From NCBI GenBank assembly GCA_033723415.1, contig JAWVXD010000005.1, positions 128,001 to 192,000 on the forward strand: a DNA stretch of 64,000 nucleotides, given 5' to 3'. The position numbers were made by a program, and so were the translations under genes. Below, piece by piece: positions 12,148 through 21,198 of this stretch. The number at the start of each line of letters is the position of its first letter. Position 1 is the first letter of the stretch. The notes beneath the pieces are model-generated. The model worked only from the letters and a program-made list of their open reading frames with translations, searched no databases and had not been told where the DNA came from. Origin of the DNA: Sulfurospirillaceae bacterium (GTDB lineage Bacteria > Campylobacterota > Campylobacteria > Campylobacterales > Sulfurospirillaceae).

Positions 12148-12402
12148 TTATGCGGGCAGAACAGAAACTTTTTTTCTTATTTTGTCTTTTCTTTCAAAAC
12201 TTACATAACCGTCTATTAGAGCATATATAGTATGGTCATTACCTAGACCTACATTGCTTCCTGGATGAGTTTTTGTGCCTCTTTGACGGATGATGATATT
12301 TCCAGCTCTTACAAACTCGCCGCCAAATTTCTTAACACCAAGTCTTCTACCTGCTGAGTCTCTATTATTCTGAGTACTTCCTTGACCTTTCTTATGTGCC
12401 AT
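12148..12402 (-). CDS. rpmA: 50S ribosomal protein L27
   Basis: [16 protein letters not shown]. Confidence 0.99.
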   Translation of the reverse strand: MAHKKGQGSTQNNRDSAGRRLGVKKFGGEFVRAGNIIIRQRGTKTHPGSNVGLGNDHTIYALIDGYVSFERKDKIRKKVSVLPA

Positions 12403-12432
12403 TAGTTTTTCCTTTTTTTAGCGTCTGTTGGA

Positions 12433-12741
12433 TTAAGCTGTTATGCTTAAAACTTTTACTTTTGTATATTGTCTTCTAAAGCCTCTTTTAACTTTAGAAT
12501 CTTTTCTTCTTCTTTTTTTGAAAGTAATAACTTTCTTGTCTTTACCTTCGGTAATGACTTCAAGCTCTACTTTAGCACCATCAACAAATGGTGTTCCAAC
12601 CTTCAATTCGCCTGCATTTACTGCAAGTACTTCGGTAACTTCTATTTTCTCTTTTGGCGAAGCGTCAAGCTTATCGAGATTAATATAATCTCCTTCTTGA
12701 ACTTTATACTGCTTCCCTCCATTTTTGATTATTGCATACAT
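12433..12741 (-). CDS. rplU: 50S ribosomal protein L21
   Basis: [14 protein letters not shown]...KRGFRRQYT. Confidence 0.99.
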   Translation of the reverse strand: MYAIIKNGGKQYKVQEGDYINLDKLDASPKEKIEVTEVLAVNAGELKVGTPFVDGAKVELEVITEGKDKKVITFKKRRRKDSKVKRGFRRQYTKVKVLSITA

Positions 12742-12928
12742 AAGTATGTCCTTTATGAGAGATTTTTAATTAAGATTGGGATTTTATCAAAATTTTCTTT
12801 AAGGTAAGATTAAAGTTTTGCATAGCTTACCTTGTTTATGCCCTAATAAAAAACAATTTTATGATGTAATTGAATTTATTATTTTATTGCTATAATTGCA
12901 ATAGATATTTGAAAAATAGGTAGATTTT

Positions 12929-13411
12929 ATGGTTAAAAAGATGTTTCAGAATAAGAACCAAAATACAAAAGTACGCTCTCTTATAGAAAAATATAATATT
13001 CCCAGAATCCACCTCGCTACAAATAGAAAAAATATAGCAAACGGATTATTTATCGGTGTGTTTATTGGACTCATTCCTATGCCGTTTCAAATGCTTGCTG
13101 TCATAGCCTTGATACCTTTTTTTAAGTTTAATGCACCTATAGCCCTTGGCACTGTGTGGATCAGTAATCCTTTCACAATGCCGTTTATTTACTATATTGA
13201 ATATATAACAGGGAGTTATCTACTTGGGATGAAGATTGGAAAAGTGGAATTGACTTTAAAATGGTTTAGTGAAAATATTAAAGACATTTTTATCCCACTT
13301 TATACAGGTGCTTTTTTATATTCTCTCATACTCTCCGTAGGCGTTTATCTTCTGATCAATACTCTATGGAGAATATCTGTAAATAAAGAAAGAAATTTAA
13401 AAGAGAGGTAA
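12929..13411 (+). CDS. DUF2062-like membrane protein
   Basis: IANGLFIGVFIGLIP and WISNPFTMPFIYY motifs; TGCTATAAT promoter-like box upstream. Confidence 0.8.
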   Translation: MVKKMFQNKNQNTKVRSLIEKYNIPRIHLATNRKNIANGLFIGVFIGLIPMPFQMLAVIALIPFFKFNAPIALGTVWISNPFTMPFIYYIEYITGSYLLGMKIGKVELTLKWFSENIKDIFIPLYTGAFLYSLILSVGVYLLINTLWRISVNKERNLKER

Positions 13412-13456
13412 AAAGGGATGAGTGCACAAAATAATATTATTTGCGCACCCTTCTTT
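13411..13456. terminator. Hairpin between convergent genes (probable bidirectional terminator)
   Basis: GAGTGCACAAA / TTTGCGCACCC imperfect stem with A/T flanks. Confidence 0.55.
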
Positions 13457-13485
13457 ATGAAAAAGCTTATTTGTAAATTATAGAC

Positions 13486-13788
13486 TTACTTTCCGCCGCC
13501 GCCACCGCCGCTGCCGCCACCGCCGCTGCCACCGTTGCCGCTACCCATTCCACCTGTTCCCATGCCGCTACCGTCTTGAGCTTTATCCTTAGTTTGCAAT
13601 CTATCTCTATCTCGGTCCCGGTCCTGGGTTTGCAATTTATCCTGATCTTGAGTTTGTAGTCTGTCTCGATCCTGAGTTTGTAACTTATCTTGAGTTTGCA
13701 ATCTATCTTGTGTTTGCAATCTATCTTGATCCGGAGCCGCTACCAATGCTCCACCTATTAACAAAATAGCTAATATGACTTTTTTCAT
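13486..13788 (-). CDS. Small secreted low-complexity repeat protein (D[RK]LQTQ repeats, Gly-rich tail)
   Basis: Sec-type signal peptide MKKVILAILLIGGALVA, AGGAGG RBS, six LQT-containing repeats. Confidence 0.85.
   Translation of the reverse strand: MKKVILAILLIGGALVAAPDQDRLQTQDRLQTQDKLQTQDRDRLQTQDQDKLQTQDRDRDRDRLQTKDKAQDGSGMGTGGMGSGNGGSGGGGSGGGGGGK
13573..13731 (-). repeat. Coding tandem repeat, 18 bp units with 6 bp inserts
   Basis: Recurrent TTGAGTTTGCAATCTATC-like units with third-position variation. Confidence 0.9.
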
Positions 13789-13815
13789 GGCATCCTCCTT
13801 GTATTATGTGATAAT

Positions 13816-13847
13816 ATTATGGCACTTATATGTTAATGGAATGCAAC
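13816..13847 (-). promoter_or_regulatory. Promoter box shared with the EF-hand gene (extended -10 TGCCATAAT)
   Basis: 26/32 identity to 14347-14378. Confidence 0.7.
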
Positions 13848-13926
13848 GAGACAATATTGGATTTCTTAGATAATTATGAAGTTAATATTTTAGAGAATTT
13901 TTATTGGAGATAGCTTGACATAGTAG

Positions 13927-13956
13927 TGGGCATAGCGCTATCTCACACTATGCCCA
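13927..13956 (-). terminator. Stem-loop downstream of the EF-hand gene
   Basis: TGGGCATAG / CTATGCCCA perfect 9 bp stem; weak U-tail. Confidence 0.5.
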
Positions 13957-13969
13957 AAGTTATAAAAAT

Positions 13970-14320
13970 TTACCTTCTTTTTCCCATACCGCCACCACCT
14001 GGACCCATACCCATACCATTTCCTTGATTAAAATTATTTTGCATTTTGGTTCGTTGAAAATTTCTAAATTCTTGCGCATTTATGAATCCGTCTTTGTTCT
14101 TATCCATATCTCCAAACATAGGAGCATTTCCTGCATTTTTCATCGGATAACCTAATTTTGCTCTCTCTTTCATTCTCTCTTGTTGTCTGATCTGAAATTC
14201 ATTTTGAGTTATTTTCCCGTCATGATTCACATCAAAATTACTAAATGTTTGCATATTCTGGTTTGGCGCTGCAACTAATACTCCACCTACTACCAACATA
14301 CTCAATAATATTGTTTTCAT
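13970..14320 (-). CDS. Secreted EF-hand protein with Gly/Met-rich tail
   Basis: Signal peptide, two EF loops DVNHDGKITQNEF and DKNKDGFINAQEF; start trimmed to ATG 14320 after AAGGAG. Confidence 0.88.
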   Translation of the reverse strand: MKTILLSMLVVGGVLVAAPNQNMQTFSNFDVNHDGKITQNEFQIRQQERMKERAKLGYPMKNAGNAPMFGDMDKNKDGFINAQEFRNFQRTKMQNNFNQGNGMGMGPGGGGMGKRR

Positions 14321-14346
14321 GTCATGCTCCTTTTTCATTTGAAAAA

Positions 14347-14378
14347 ATTATGACATGTATTTGTCAATGAAATGCAAC
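14347..14378 (-). promoter_or_regulatory. Promoter box (extended -10 TGTCATAAT) duplicated at 13816-13847
   Basis: GTTGCATTTCATTGACAAATACATGTCATAAT vs GTTGCATTCCATTAACATATAAGTGCCATAAT. Confidence 0.7.
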
Positions 14379-14389
14379 AAAAGTAAAGA

Positions 14390-14935
14390 TTACTCTTCAT
14401 ATTTTGCAACTTGATATATGGAAATTTCTGGATGCATATCCAAACAATTTCCCACCAATCCTGCTTTTTGGCAAAGGTTAGAGAAAAATAGCTCAAAAGT
14501 TGGCAATTGATCCCATACTTGCGGTAAAAAAGTAGCCTGTCTGCCAGATGCTTGAAGAACAACACCATCAATTCCTATTTTGATCTTACTCTTCAAATCT
14601 TCTATACTGCCATATGTTAATTGCTTAGTCTTTGAAAGTATTGATACTTCAATACGAATATATTCAAATTCTTCTTTACTTAAAGAATTAAAACGAGGAT
14701 CATTAAAAGCTGCACTTCTGGCATTATAGATAATATCTTCATATAATTTTCTATGTGCCGACAATGAACCGATACACCCTCTCAGATTACCGTTTATTGA
14801 TAGTGTAACAAAAACAGCACCATCTTCTTCCAACCAAGGATTTTCTTTTAAAATAGTGTCTAAACTAAGATTTTGCTGCAATCCAAGGCTTTCACCTATC
14901 GCCGCTCTTGCTAATTTCAAGACTACTTCTTTCAT
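14390..14935 (-). CDS. amrA: AMMECR1-domain protein (AmmeMemoRadiSam protein A)
   Basis: GAVFVTL, LRGCIG, DPRF, ATFLPQV, LCQKAG motifs; start trimmed to ATG 14935 after AGGAGG. Confidence 0.9.
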   Translation of the reverse strand: MKEVVLKLARAAIGESLGLQQNLSLDTILKENPWLEEDGAVFVTLSINGNLRGCIGSLSAHRKLYEDIIYNARSAAFNDPRFNSLSKEEFEYIRIEVSILSKTKQLTYGSIEDLKSKIKIGIDGVVLQASGRQATFLPQVWDQLPTFELFFSNLCQKAGLVGNCLDMHPEISIYQVAKYEE

Positions 14936-14975
14936 AATATCCTCCTTTAGGCTTTTTATCATTTTATCAAATTGT

Positions 14976-14984
14976 TGCTATAAT
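14976..14984 (+). promoter_or_regulatory. Extended -10 promoter TGCTATAAT, 6 nt before ATG 14991
   Basis: Direct sequence reading; no Shine-Dalgarno in between. Confidence 0.65.
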
Positions 14985-14990
14985 TCTAAG

Positions 14991-15524
14991 ATGTTAAAAA
15001 AAATACTGATTCATAGCGCATTTGAAATCGAAGCTAAACCTCTAATAGAGCATTTTAAATTGATTTGCAAGCAAAAAAAGCCTTATAAAATATATGAAAA
15101 TGAGAGTATTGTGTTGGCAATTCTTGGTATGGGAGCGAAAAATACTCTCAAACTGGATGAAGTTTTGCAAGATCATGATATAAAAAGAGCGATAAATATT
15201 GGCATAGCAGGATGTAAGAACAGATCAATAGAGATAGGCTCATTATTTTGTACGACACATGAGCTAGGCTTTATCAAAAAAGAGAGTTTAGGTTGTCATG
15301 ACAAGGCAATAAATGATATGGATTTTATTGAAACCACTTTAGTAGATATGGAATCAGATATTTTTTTAAAAATAACACAAAAATATCTAAATAAACAAGA
15401 TATTTATATCCTAAAAGTAGTATCTGATCACTTAGATACAAAAATACCAGAAAAAGAGTTTGTATGGAAAATTATGAAGAAAAATTTGAACGAGATAGTA
15501 AGAGTTGTAACTTTGAAAGATTAG
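14991..15524 (+). CDS. Nucleoside phosphorylase/MTA-SAH nucleosidase-like protein
   Basis: AFEIEAKPL, INIGIAG, VDMES, KVVSDHLD motifs of the PNP_UDP family. Confidence 0.8.
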   Translation: MLKKILIHSAFEIEAKPLIEHFKLICKQKKPYKIYENESIVLAILGMGAKNTLKLDEVLQDHDIKRAINIGIAGCKNRSIEIGSLFCTTHELGFIKKESLGCHDKAINDMDFIETTLVDMESDIFLKITQKYLNKQDIYILKVVSDHLDTKIPEKEFVWKIMKKNLNEIVRVVTLKD

Positions 15525-16711
15525 ATGAGAAAAGTAGAGATTTTTTAAAACAAAAAGCATTTATTTATAAATTTTCTTTCCAAGAATTGAAGCAGCTGGT
15601 TGACATCAGCATTGATTTTGATATGTGGAATGAAAAAAGAATCTATGATATCTGGGATGATAAAGGAGAACGAAAAAAAACGTTTTTACATGCTAAACAG
15701 ATTTGGGAGAATTTAAAAACAAAACCAAAAAGCTATGCTAGTTTTTCAAAAGATGCTCCATATAATTTTTCAAGAAAGATCAGCTTCATTGAAAATGACA
15801 AAAAAGAACTGGGACTTGGAAGCTGTCCTGTTGCTTCACCCAAGACTAGATGCTGCAATCTTATGACGTTAGATGCAGTTGAAAGTTGTGGCTTTGACTG
15901 CTCTTATTGCTCAATTCAATCTTTTTATAACGAGAATAGGGTCGGCTTTGATAAAAATTTTGCACAAAAACTCAAAAATCTAAAACTAGATCCAAATAAA
16001 AACTATCATATCGGCACAGGTCAAAGCTCAGACTCACTTATATGGGGAAATAAAGCAGGTATAATGGATGCACTTTTTGAGTTTGCAAAAGATAATCCAA
16101 ATGTAATCTTGGAATTCAAGAGTAAATCAGACAATATAAAATATCTCCTTGAAAACGAGGTACCAAAAAATATCCTTTGCACCTGGTCTATAAATACTCC
16201 TACGATCATAGACAATGAAGAACACCTCAGCGCATCTTTGGGAAAAAGAATAGCAAGTGCAAGAGCTTTGGCCGACAAAGGAGTTTTGGTAGGTTTTCAT
16301 TTCCATCCTATCGTAGTCTATGAAAACTATCTCAGTGAATATACAGAGACCATAAAGAAAATAACTTCAAAATTTACATACGATGAAGTCGCCCTTGTCT
16401 CATTTGGAACCTTGACATTTATAAAACCTGTGATGAAAAAGCTTCGAAATAGGAATTTTAAGAGTAAAATTCTGCAAATGCCTCTAGTTGATGCCAGCGG
16501 AAAATTTTCTTATCCTTTAGATACAAAAGAAGAGATGTTCAAAAATGCTTATGAGGCATTTAAGCCTTGGCATGACAAGGTCTATTTTTACCTGTGCATG
16601 GAAGACCAGAGTTTGTGGAAAAAAGTATTTGGTTACGAGTATACATCAAATGATGAAATGGAACAGCATATGGTAAGTTCATACAAAAGCAAGATTACTA
16701 GGAACTCCTGA
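15464..16711 (+). CDS. Spore photoproduct lyase-like radical SAM protein
   Basis: CGFDCSYC [4Fe-4S] motif, GTGQSSDSL, LEFKSKS, GFHFHPI, FYLCME resemble the SplB family. Confidence 0.82.
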   Translation: MENYEEKFERDSKSCNFERLDEKSRDFLKQKAFIYKFSFQELKQLVDISIDFDMWNEKRIYDIWDDKGERKKTFLHAKQIWENLKTKPKSYASFSKDAPYNFSRKISFIENDKKELGLGSCPVASPKTRCCNLMTLDAVESCGFDCSYCSIQSFYNENRVGFDKNFAQKLKNLKLDPNKNYHIGTGQSSDSLIWGNKAGIMDALFEFAKDNPNVILEFKSKSDNIKYLLENEVPKNILCTWSINTPTIIDNEEHLSASLGKRIASARALADKGVLVGFHFHPIVVYENYLSEYTETIKKITSKFTYDEVALVSFGTLTFIKPVMKKLRNRNFKSKILQMPLVDASGKFSYPLDTKEEMFKNAYEAFKPWHDKVYFYLCMEDQSLWKKVFGYEYTSNDEMEQHMVSSYKSKITRNS

Positions 16712-17099
16712 TAAACTCTAAAGCTTCATTTCTAAGTTCTGATATAGATTTCCCCCATGATGATGTTTGTTTTACTTCATCATCTTCGATTTGAAAAAAA
16801 CTTGAGATTTTTTGTATCAACTCTTTTTCTATAAATTGGAATTCATTATCTGCATGAACTAAGATCATAAGTTCTAAGAGTAGAATCTTCTGACTTTTTC
16901 TTGATTTAAAGATAGCAAGAGTATCTGACAAATCAAACTTCTCATTTTCAAAATATATATTATCAATACCCATCTCTAAACAATACTCCTTGATGATCTC
17001 TTTTTCATTTTTTGCAAATATACCATCAAGTTTTGCCAAATAATTAGCAATTTTTAAAAAAGCAAACTTCTCTCTTGATTCTAATTCCATCAAAAACAT
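16698..17099 (-). CDS. TerB-like helical protein
   Basis: LAKLDG...EKEII and VHADNEFQFIEKELI repeats typical of TerB fold. Confidence 0.65.
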   Translation of the reverse strand: MFLMELESREKFAFLKIANYLAKLDGIFAKNEKEIIKEYCLEMGIDNIYFENEKFDLSDTLAIFKSRKSQKILLLELMILVHADNEFQFIEKELIQKISSFFQIEDDEVKQTSSWGKSISELRNEALEFIRSS

Positions 17100-17213
17100 A
17101 CATAACCTTCATTCTATAAAAATATAGCATAGTATATTAAAAACATGTAAATGCTTCTTTAACATTATTGTATAATTCTGAAAAGATTAGTATCTGCAAA
17201 TGGAGAAAAAATA

Positions 17214-17870
17214 ATGAAGACTGCTATAGTGACTGGCTCAAGTAGAGGAATAGGAAAAGCGATCTATGAAAAACTAGAAGAGAGTGGATATGAAGTTTTT
17301 GGGATTAGCAGACATGATGCTGATATAATATGCGATATACAAGACACGAAGACATTGGAAAAGTCAATAAAAGAATTTTTGAAAACAAGAGATATAGATT
17401 TGCTTGTAAACTGTGCAGGGATTGGAGTTTTCAAGCCGCATGAAGAGATAAGTCTTGAGAAAGTAGAAAAGATCATCGATGTTAATCTAAAAGCACCGAT
17501 AATTTTAACGAATCTGTGTCTTAGAAGTCTCAAAAAAACTAAAGGGCACATCATCAATATTTCTTCCATTGAAGCCACAAAATACTCAAAATTTTCTGCA
17601 CTCTATTCTGCCACTAAAGCAGGTCTTCGAAGTTTTAGTCTTTGTTTGTTTGAAGAGCTTAGAAACGCTGAAGTCAGGGTAACGAATATAAACCCGGATA
17701 TGACCAAGACAGCTTTTTTTGATGATTTACAGTTTGAACCTTCAAATCTGGCAAAGACCTACATAGATCCTGATGATATAGCTTTACAAGTCGTAGAAAT
17801 CATACATTCACCTTTTGTAGTCACGGATGTCACCATCAGATCTCAAAGATTTGGCATTATAAAAAAATAA
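17214..17870 (+). CDS. Short-chain dehydrogenase/reductase
   Basis: TGSSRGIG, NCAG, YSATK catalytic motif. Confidence 0.93.
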   Translation: MKTAIVTGSSRGIGKAIYEKLEESGYEVFGISRHDADIICDIQDTKTLEKSIKEFLKTRDIDLLVNCAGIGVFKPHEEISLEKVEKIIDVNLKAPIILTNLCLRSLKKTKGHIINISSIEATKYSKFSALYSATKAGLRSFSLCLFEELRNAEVRVTNINPDMTKTAFFDDLQFEPSNLAKTYIDPDDIALQVVEIIHSPFVVTDVTIRSQRFGIIKK

Positions 17871-17874
17871 CGAT

Positions 17875-17906
17875 CTAACCTCATTGAATTAAAACTATGA
17901 GGTTAG
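17875..17906. terminator. Stem-loop after SDR, between convergent genes
   Basis: CTAACCTCAT / ATGAGGTTAG perfect 10 bp inverted repeat. Confidence 0.55.
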
Positions 17907-17991
17907 TAAAATTTATATCATGTGGTCTTTCTCTCTCAAAGTAAAGATCTAATCTTCTTCCTGCAGTAAGATTCTTATAATTTTGCCATAT

Positions 17992-18783
17992 TCAAAATAT
18001 CGAGTTTATTTTTTTCTCAAACTGCAGAGGATTTATAGCATTTGAGTACAACATGATTCCAAAATGTAGATGCGGTCCATTCACTCTACCGCTTCTACCG
18101 CTAAGTCCTACGATTTGATTTTGTTTTACTTTTTCTCCTACGTGAACACCGATATGACTTAGGTGATAATAACAGCTATAAAGACCTTCTCCATGATCTA
18201 TCACGACTGAGCCTCCTGCATAGTATCTCTTTTGTGCTATCACTACGACTCCGTCATTTGCAGCTCTCACTTTCGTGCCCATCTTTGCTCTAAAGTCAAC
18301 GCCAGAGTGAAAGCTCTGCAGCGTGTGATTAAACATGCGGGCATTTCCGTATGCACTGGTAACGTGTGAATGAATCGGGAGGATAAAGGGTTTATTCCAG
18401 TACCTTTTAGGTGTGATCGTATCGTATATTTTATATGCTGCTTTAAATTCTTTGTGTATTTGAGCCAAAGCTTTCTGACTTGGTTTTACTTTTGAAGGGT
18501 CAACCCTGATCTCTTCAGTCTTATACTTTCCTTTCTTTATACTCAGCAACATTTTCTTGTTATCAATAAATATATAACGTTTTTCAATTTTATTTCTGTA
18601 GCTAATCGGGATCAAAGCATAATATTTGCCTTTTTTGATCGGATTCTTCAAAACAGGCAATTTTTTCCCTTCAAATTTCAAAGTTACTTTTTTATCAAAT
18701 TGCAACAAAGCTACTTCTCCTGTGAAAACGCTCATAGCTTGCAGAGAAATGGCAAAGAGTAAGATATATATGATCTTTTTCAA
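17992..18783 (-). CDS. M23 family metallopeptidase
   Basis: HSGVD (HxxxD) and HLH zinc motifs; signal peptide. Confidence 0.92.
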   Translation of the reverse strand: MKKIIYILLFAISLQAMSVFTGEVALLQFDKKVTLKFEGKKLPVLKNPIKKGKYYALIPISYRNKIEKRYIFIDNKKMLLSIKKGKYKTEEIRVDPSKVKPSQKALAQIHKEFKAAYKIYDTITPKRYWNKPFILPIHSHVTSAYGNARMFNHTLQSFHSGVDFRAKMGTKVRAANDGVVVIAQKRYYAGGSVVIDHGEGLYSCYYHLSHIGVHVGEKVKQNQIVGLSGRSGRVNGPHLHFGIMLYSNAINPLQFEKKINSIF

Positions 18784-19529
18784 TTTCTTGCCTTTTTAAT
18801 TGTTTCATATGCTTCATTGATTTCTTGAAGTTTTTGCGTAGCCTTATCAATGATAGATTTTTCAGCCCCGCTTCCCATCAACAAATCAGGATGATTAGCT
18901 CTTACTAACTTTTTATATTTTGTCTTTATAGTACTCATGTCGTCACTTTCGCTAGCCCCAAGTATCTCATATGCTTTTTTAAGTGAGTCGACTTGTTGAT
19001 TATACCTACTTGCATAAAAATTTCTAAATTTTGCTATTAAATTTTTAAAATCATTTTTATTTATCTGAAGAGCATTTGCTATATCTTCGCATATCATATA
19101 CTCTTCATTTGTGAATTCATTGTCTATAAATGCCAAATTTAAAAGATATTCTAAAGTTGCGTATCTTTTATTGTAATCACTTCTAGTAAGTTTAAAATAT
19201 TTATTTGAAATCTCTAGAGTATTTTCAAAACTTTCCAACTCCTGCTTATACATCTCTTTTAACTTTTCTCTAACTTCAGTTTGATTTTCAAATACTGAAG
19301 AGAGCTGAGTAAACGTATTGCTTAGAAGTTCTGCTTCTAACTCGCAAACTCTTCCATCAGCCTTGGCAACTTTTGCCATCATCGCTACTATCAAGCCTGC
19401 TTCATGATCTCTTAAATCCCCATCAAACCTCTGTTTTGTATCTATGTGAATATTATATGCATCAGTTTTATAATTCCTGGTTAGAAGGTAAAATACGACA
19501 GCAACAATAACAAACAATAAAAATCTCAT
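18780..19529 (-). CDS. djlA: DjlA-like co-chaperone (TM + TerB + J domain)
   Basis: N-terminal TM, AKVAKADGRVCELE, C-terminal J domain with HPD. Confidence 0.85.
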   Translation of the reverse strand: MRFLLFVIVAVVFYLLTRNYKTDAYNIHIDTKQRFDGDLRDHEAGLIVAMMAKVAKADGRVCELEAELLSNTFTQLSSVFENQTEVREKLKEMYKQELESFENTLEISNKYFKLTRSDYNKRYATLEYLLNLAFIDNEFTNEEYMICEDIANALQINKNDFKNLIAKFRNFYASRYNQQVDSLKKAYEILGASESDDMSTIKTKYKKLVRANHPDLLMGSGAEKSIIDKATQKLQEINEAYETIKKARN

Positions 19530-19565
19530 ACCAAATTCTCCTATATATCTTAAATTGTAAAAGCT

Positions 19566-21011
19566 TTAAAGCGTTAGATTTGAATAATATTCTAATTGCT
19601 CTCGCTTAAGTATCCTGATAAAGTTAGTACTTCCTTCAAGACCTGTAGGAAAACCGGCAGTGACTATGTATGTACCGTTTTTATTTATTATTTTTTCTTT
19701 GAGTGCATTTTTTAACATATTTGCCAAGAGTAAGTTCAGATTTGTCTCTTGAACTCTCATAACTGGTTCTACGCCCCAAACCAAAGTCAACGATCTTGCA
19801 ACCTTTTCATCAAGAGTCACGGCTAAAATATTATTTTTAATTCGATATCTTGCTAGTTTCTGTGCAGATTTACCTGAATTTGTAATAGAAAGAATAGAAT
19901 CAACTCCTAACTGAAATGCCAATTTTGCGATAGAAGATGAGATGATATCTGTTTCATCCAAAAATTCATATCTATCAAATTTATTGTAAGGATATACCTC
20001 CTCTGTAGCCATGATCGTATTTGACATAACTTCCACTACATTTATAGGATTTTTTCCTATTGCACTCTCTTCTGATAGCATAACTGCGTCTGTTCCATCT
20101 AAAACGGCATTTGCGACATCACTGATCTCTGCTCTTGTAGCCGTTTCTTTTTCTGCCATTGAAATAAGCATTTGTGTCGCTGTTATAACCGGTTTAGAAG
20201 CCGCATTTGCTTTGCGGATAATCCTTTTTTGAATACTTGGCACTTTGTAGTATGGGACTTCTATACCAAGATCACCACGCGCGACCATAACACCGTCACT
20301 AACTTCTAATATCTCATCTATATTTTCAACAGCGTCAAACTTCTCTATTTTTGCGATTATACTAGTTTTGGAACCAAAGTTTTTTAGCAGTGTTCTAACT
20401 CTTAGTATGTCTTTTGCACTTTGAACAAAAGATACGGCTACAAAGTCTACTTCATTTTGTGCACCCCATAGTAGATCTTCTTCATCTTTGGGAGTTATAA
20501 CATTTACATTGATCCTTGTATTTGGAAAATTCACACCTTTATTAGAAGAAAGCATACCGCTATTTTCAACTAAAGTGACGATGACTTCTCCGATCTCTAT
20601 AACTTTTGCTTTGATATTTCCGTCATATAGATATATATATTCGCCGACATTTAACATATCCAATATTTCCGGTTGATTTATACAAAGTTTATATTCGTGC
20701 TCATCTACCTGATGACCAGTTATATCTTCTTTTACAAATATCAATTTGTCATTTTGCTTCAAATAAAAATTATCATCCAAATTACCAATTCTTACTTTAG
20801 GTCCACATATATCTTGCAATATCCCGACTCTTTTATTGGCTTTTTTCTCTGCGATTTTTATATTTTTTAAAACTCCTAAGTGATACTCGTGTGTACCATG
20901 GCTAAAATTCAGTCTAAATACATTAACACCTGCATTTATCAAGCCTTCTAACACTTCTACTCTATCACTTGCCGGTCCAACTGTTGCTAAAATTTTTGTT
21001 TTTTTATTCAT
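19566..21011 (-). CDS. pyk: Pyruvate kinase
   Basis: KTKILATVGPAS, RLNFSHG, MVARGDLG; start trimmed to ATG 21011 after AGGAG. Confidence 0.98.
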   Translation of the reverse strand: MNKKTKILATVGPASDRVEVLEGLINAGVNVFRLNFSHGTHEYHLGVLKNIKIAEKKANKRVGILQDICGPKVRIGNLDDNFYLKQNDKLIFVKEDITGHQVDEHEYKLCINQPEILDMLNVGEYIYLYDGNIKAKVIEIGEVIVTLVENSGMLSSNKGVNFPNTRINVNVITPKDEEDLLWGAQNEVDFVAVSFVQSAKDILRVRTLLKNFGSKTSIIAKIEKFDAVENIDEILEVSDGVMVARGDLGIEVPYYKVPSIQKRIIRKANAASKPVITATQMLISMAEKETATRAEISDVANAVLDGTDAVMLSEESAIGKNPINVVEVMSNTIMATEEVYPYNKFDRYEFLDETDIISSSIAKLAFQLGVDSILSITNSGKSAQKLARYRIKNNILAVTLDEKVARSLTLVWGVEPVMRVQETNLNLLLANMLKNALKEKIINKNGTYIVTAGFPTGLEGSTNFIRILKREQLEYYSNLTL

Positions 21012-21198
21012 ATTTTTTCTCCTGTCTTTTATAGTATGCATGCAACCATCACTTTGAAATTTATAAAAAATTGTAATGCCATTTTTGTTGATTCTTTTCA
21101 AAGTGAATACGATACTATTTAAGATAAAATTATATCATGTCGTTGCTAACAAGATGATTACAACTAGATCATGATATAAGCAAAACAGACAAATAATC

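Noticed and set aside
13573..13731. CRISPR-like array
   Set aside because: Units are contiguous, in-frame coding repeats without unique spacers; no cas genes.
13820..13837. sigma54 promoter (TGGCAC)
   Set aside because: No GC at the -12 position, and it is on the wrong strand for the adjacent gene.
17901..17994. Open frame continuing about 29 codons after the M23 peptidase TGA (possible readthrough, Sec or gene remnant)
   Set aside because: The peptidase domain is complete before the stop, there is no SECIS-like hairpin, and the extension is not recognisable.
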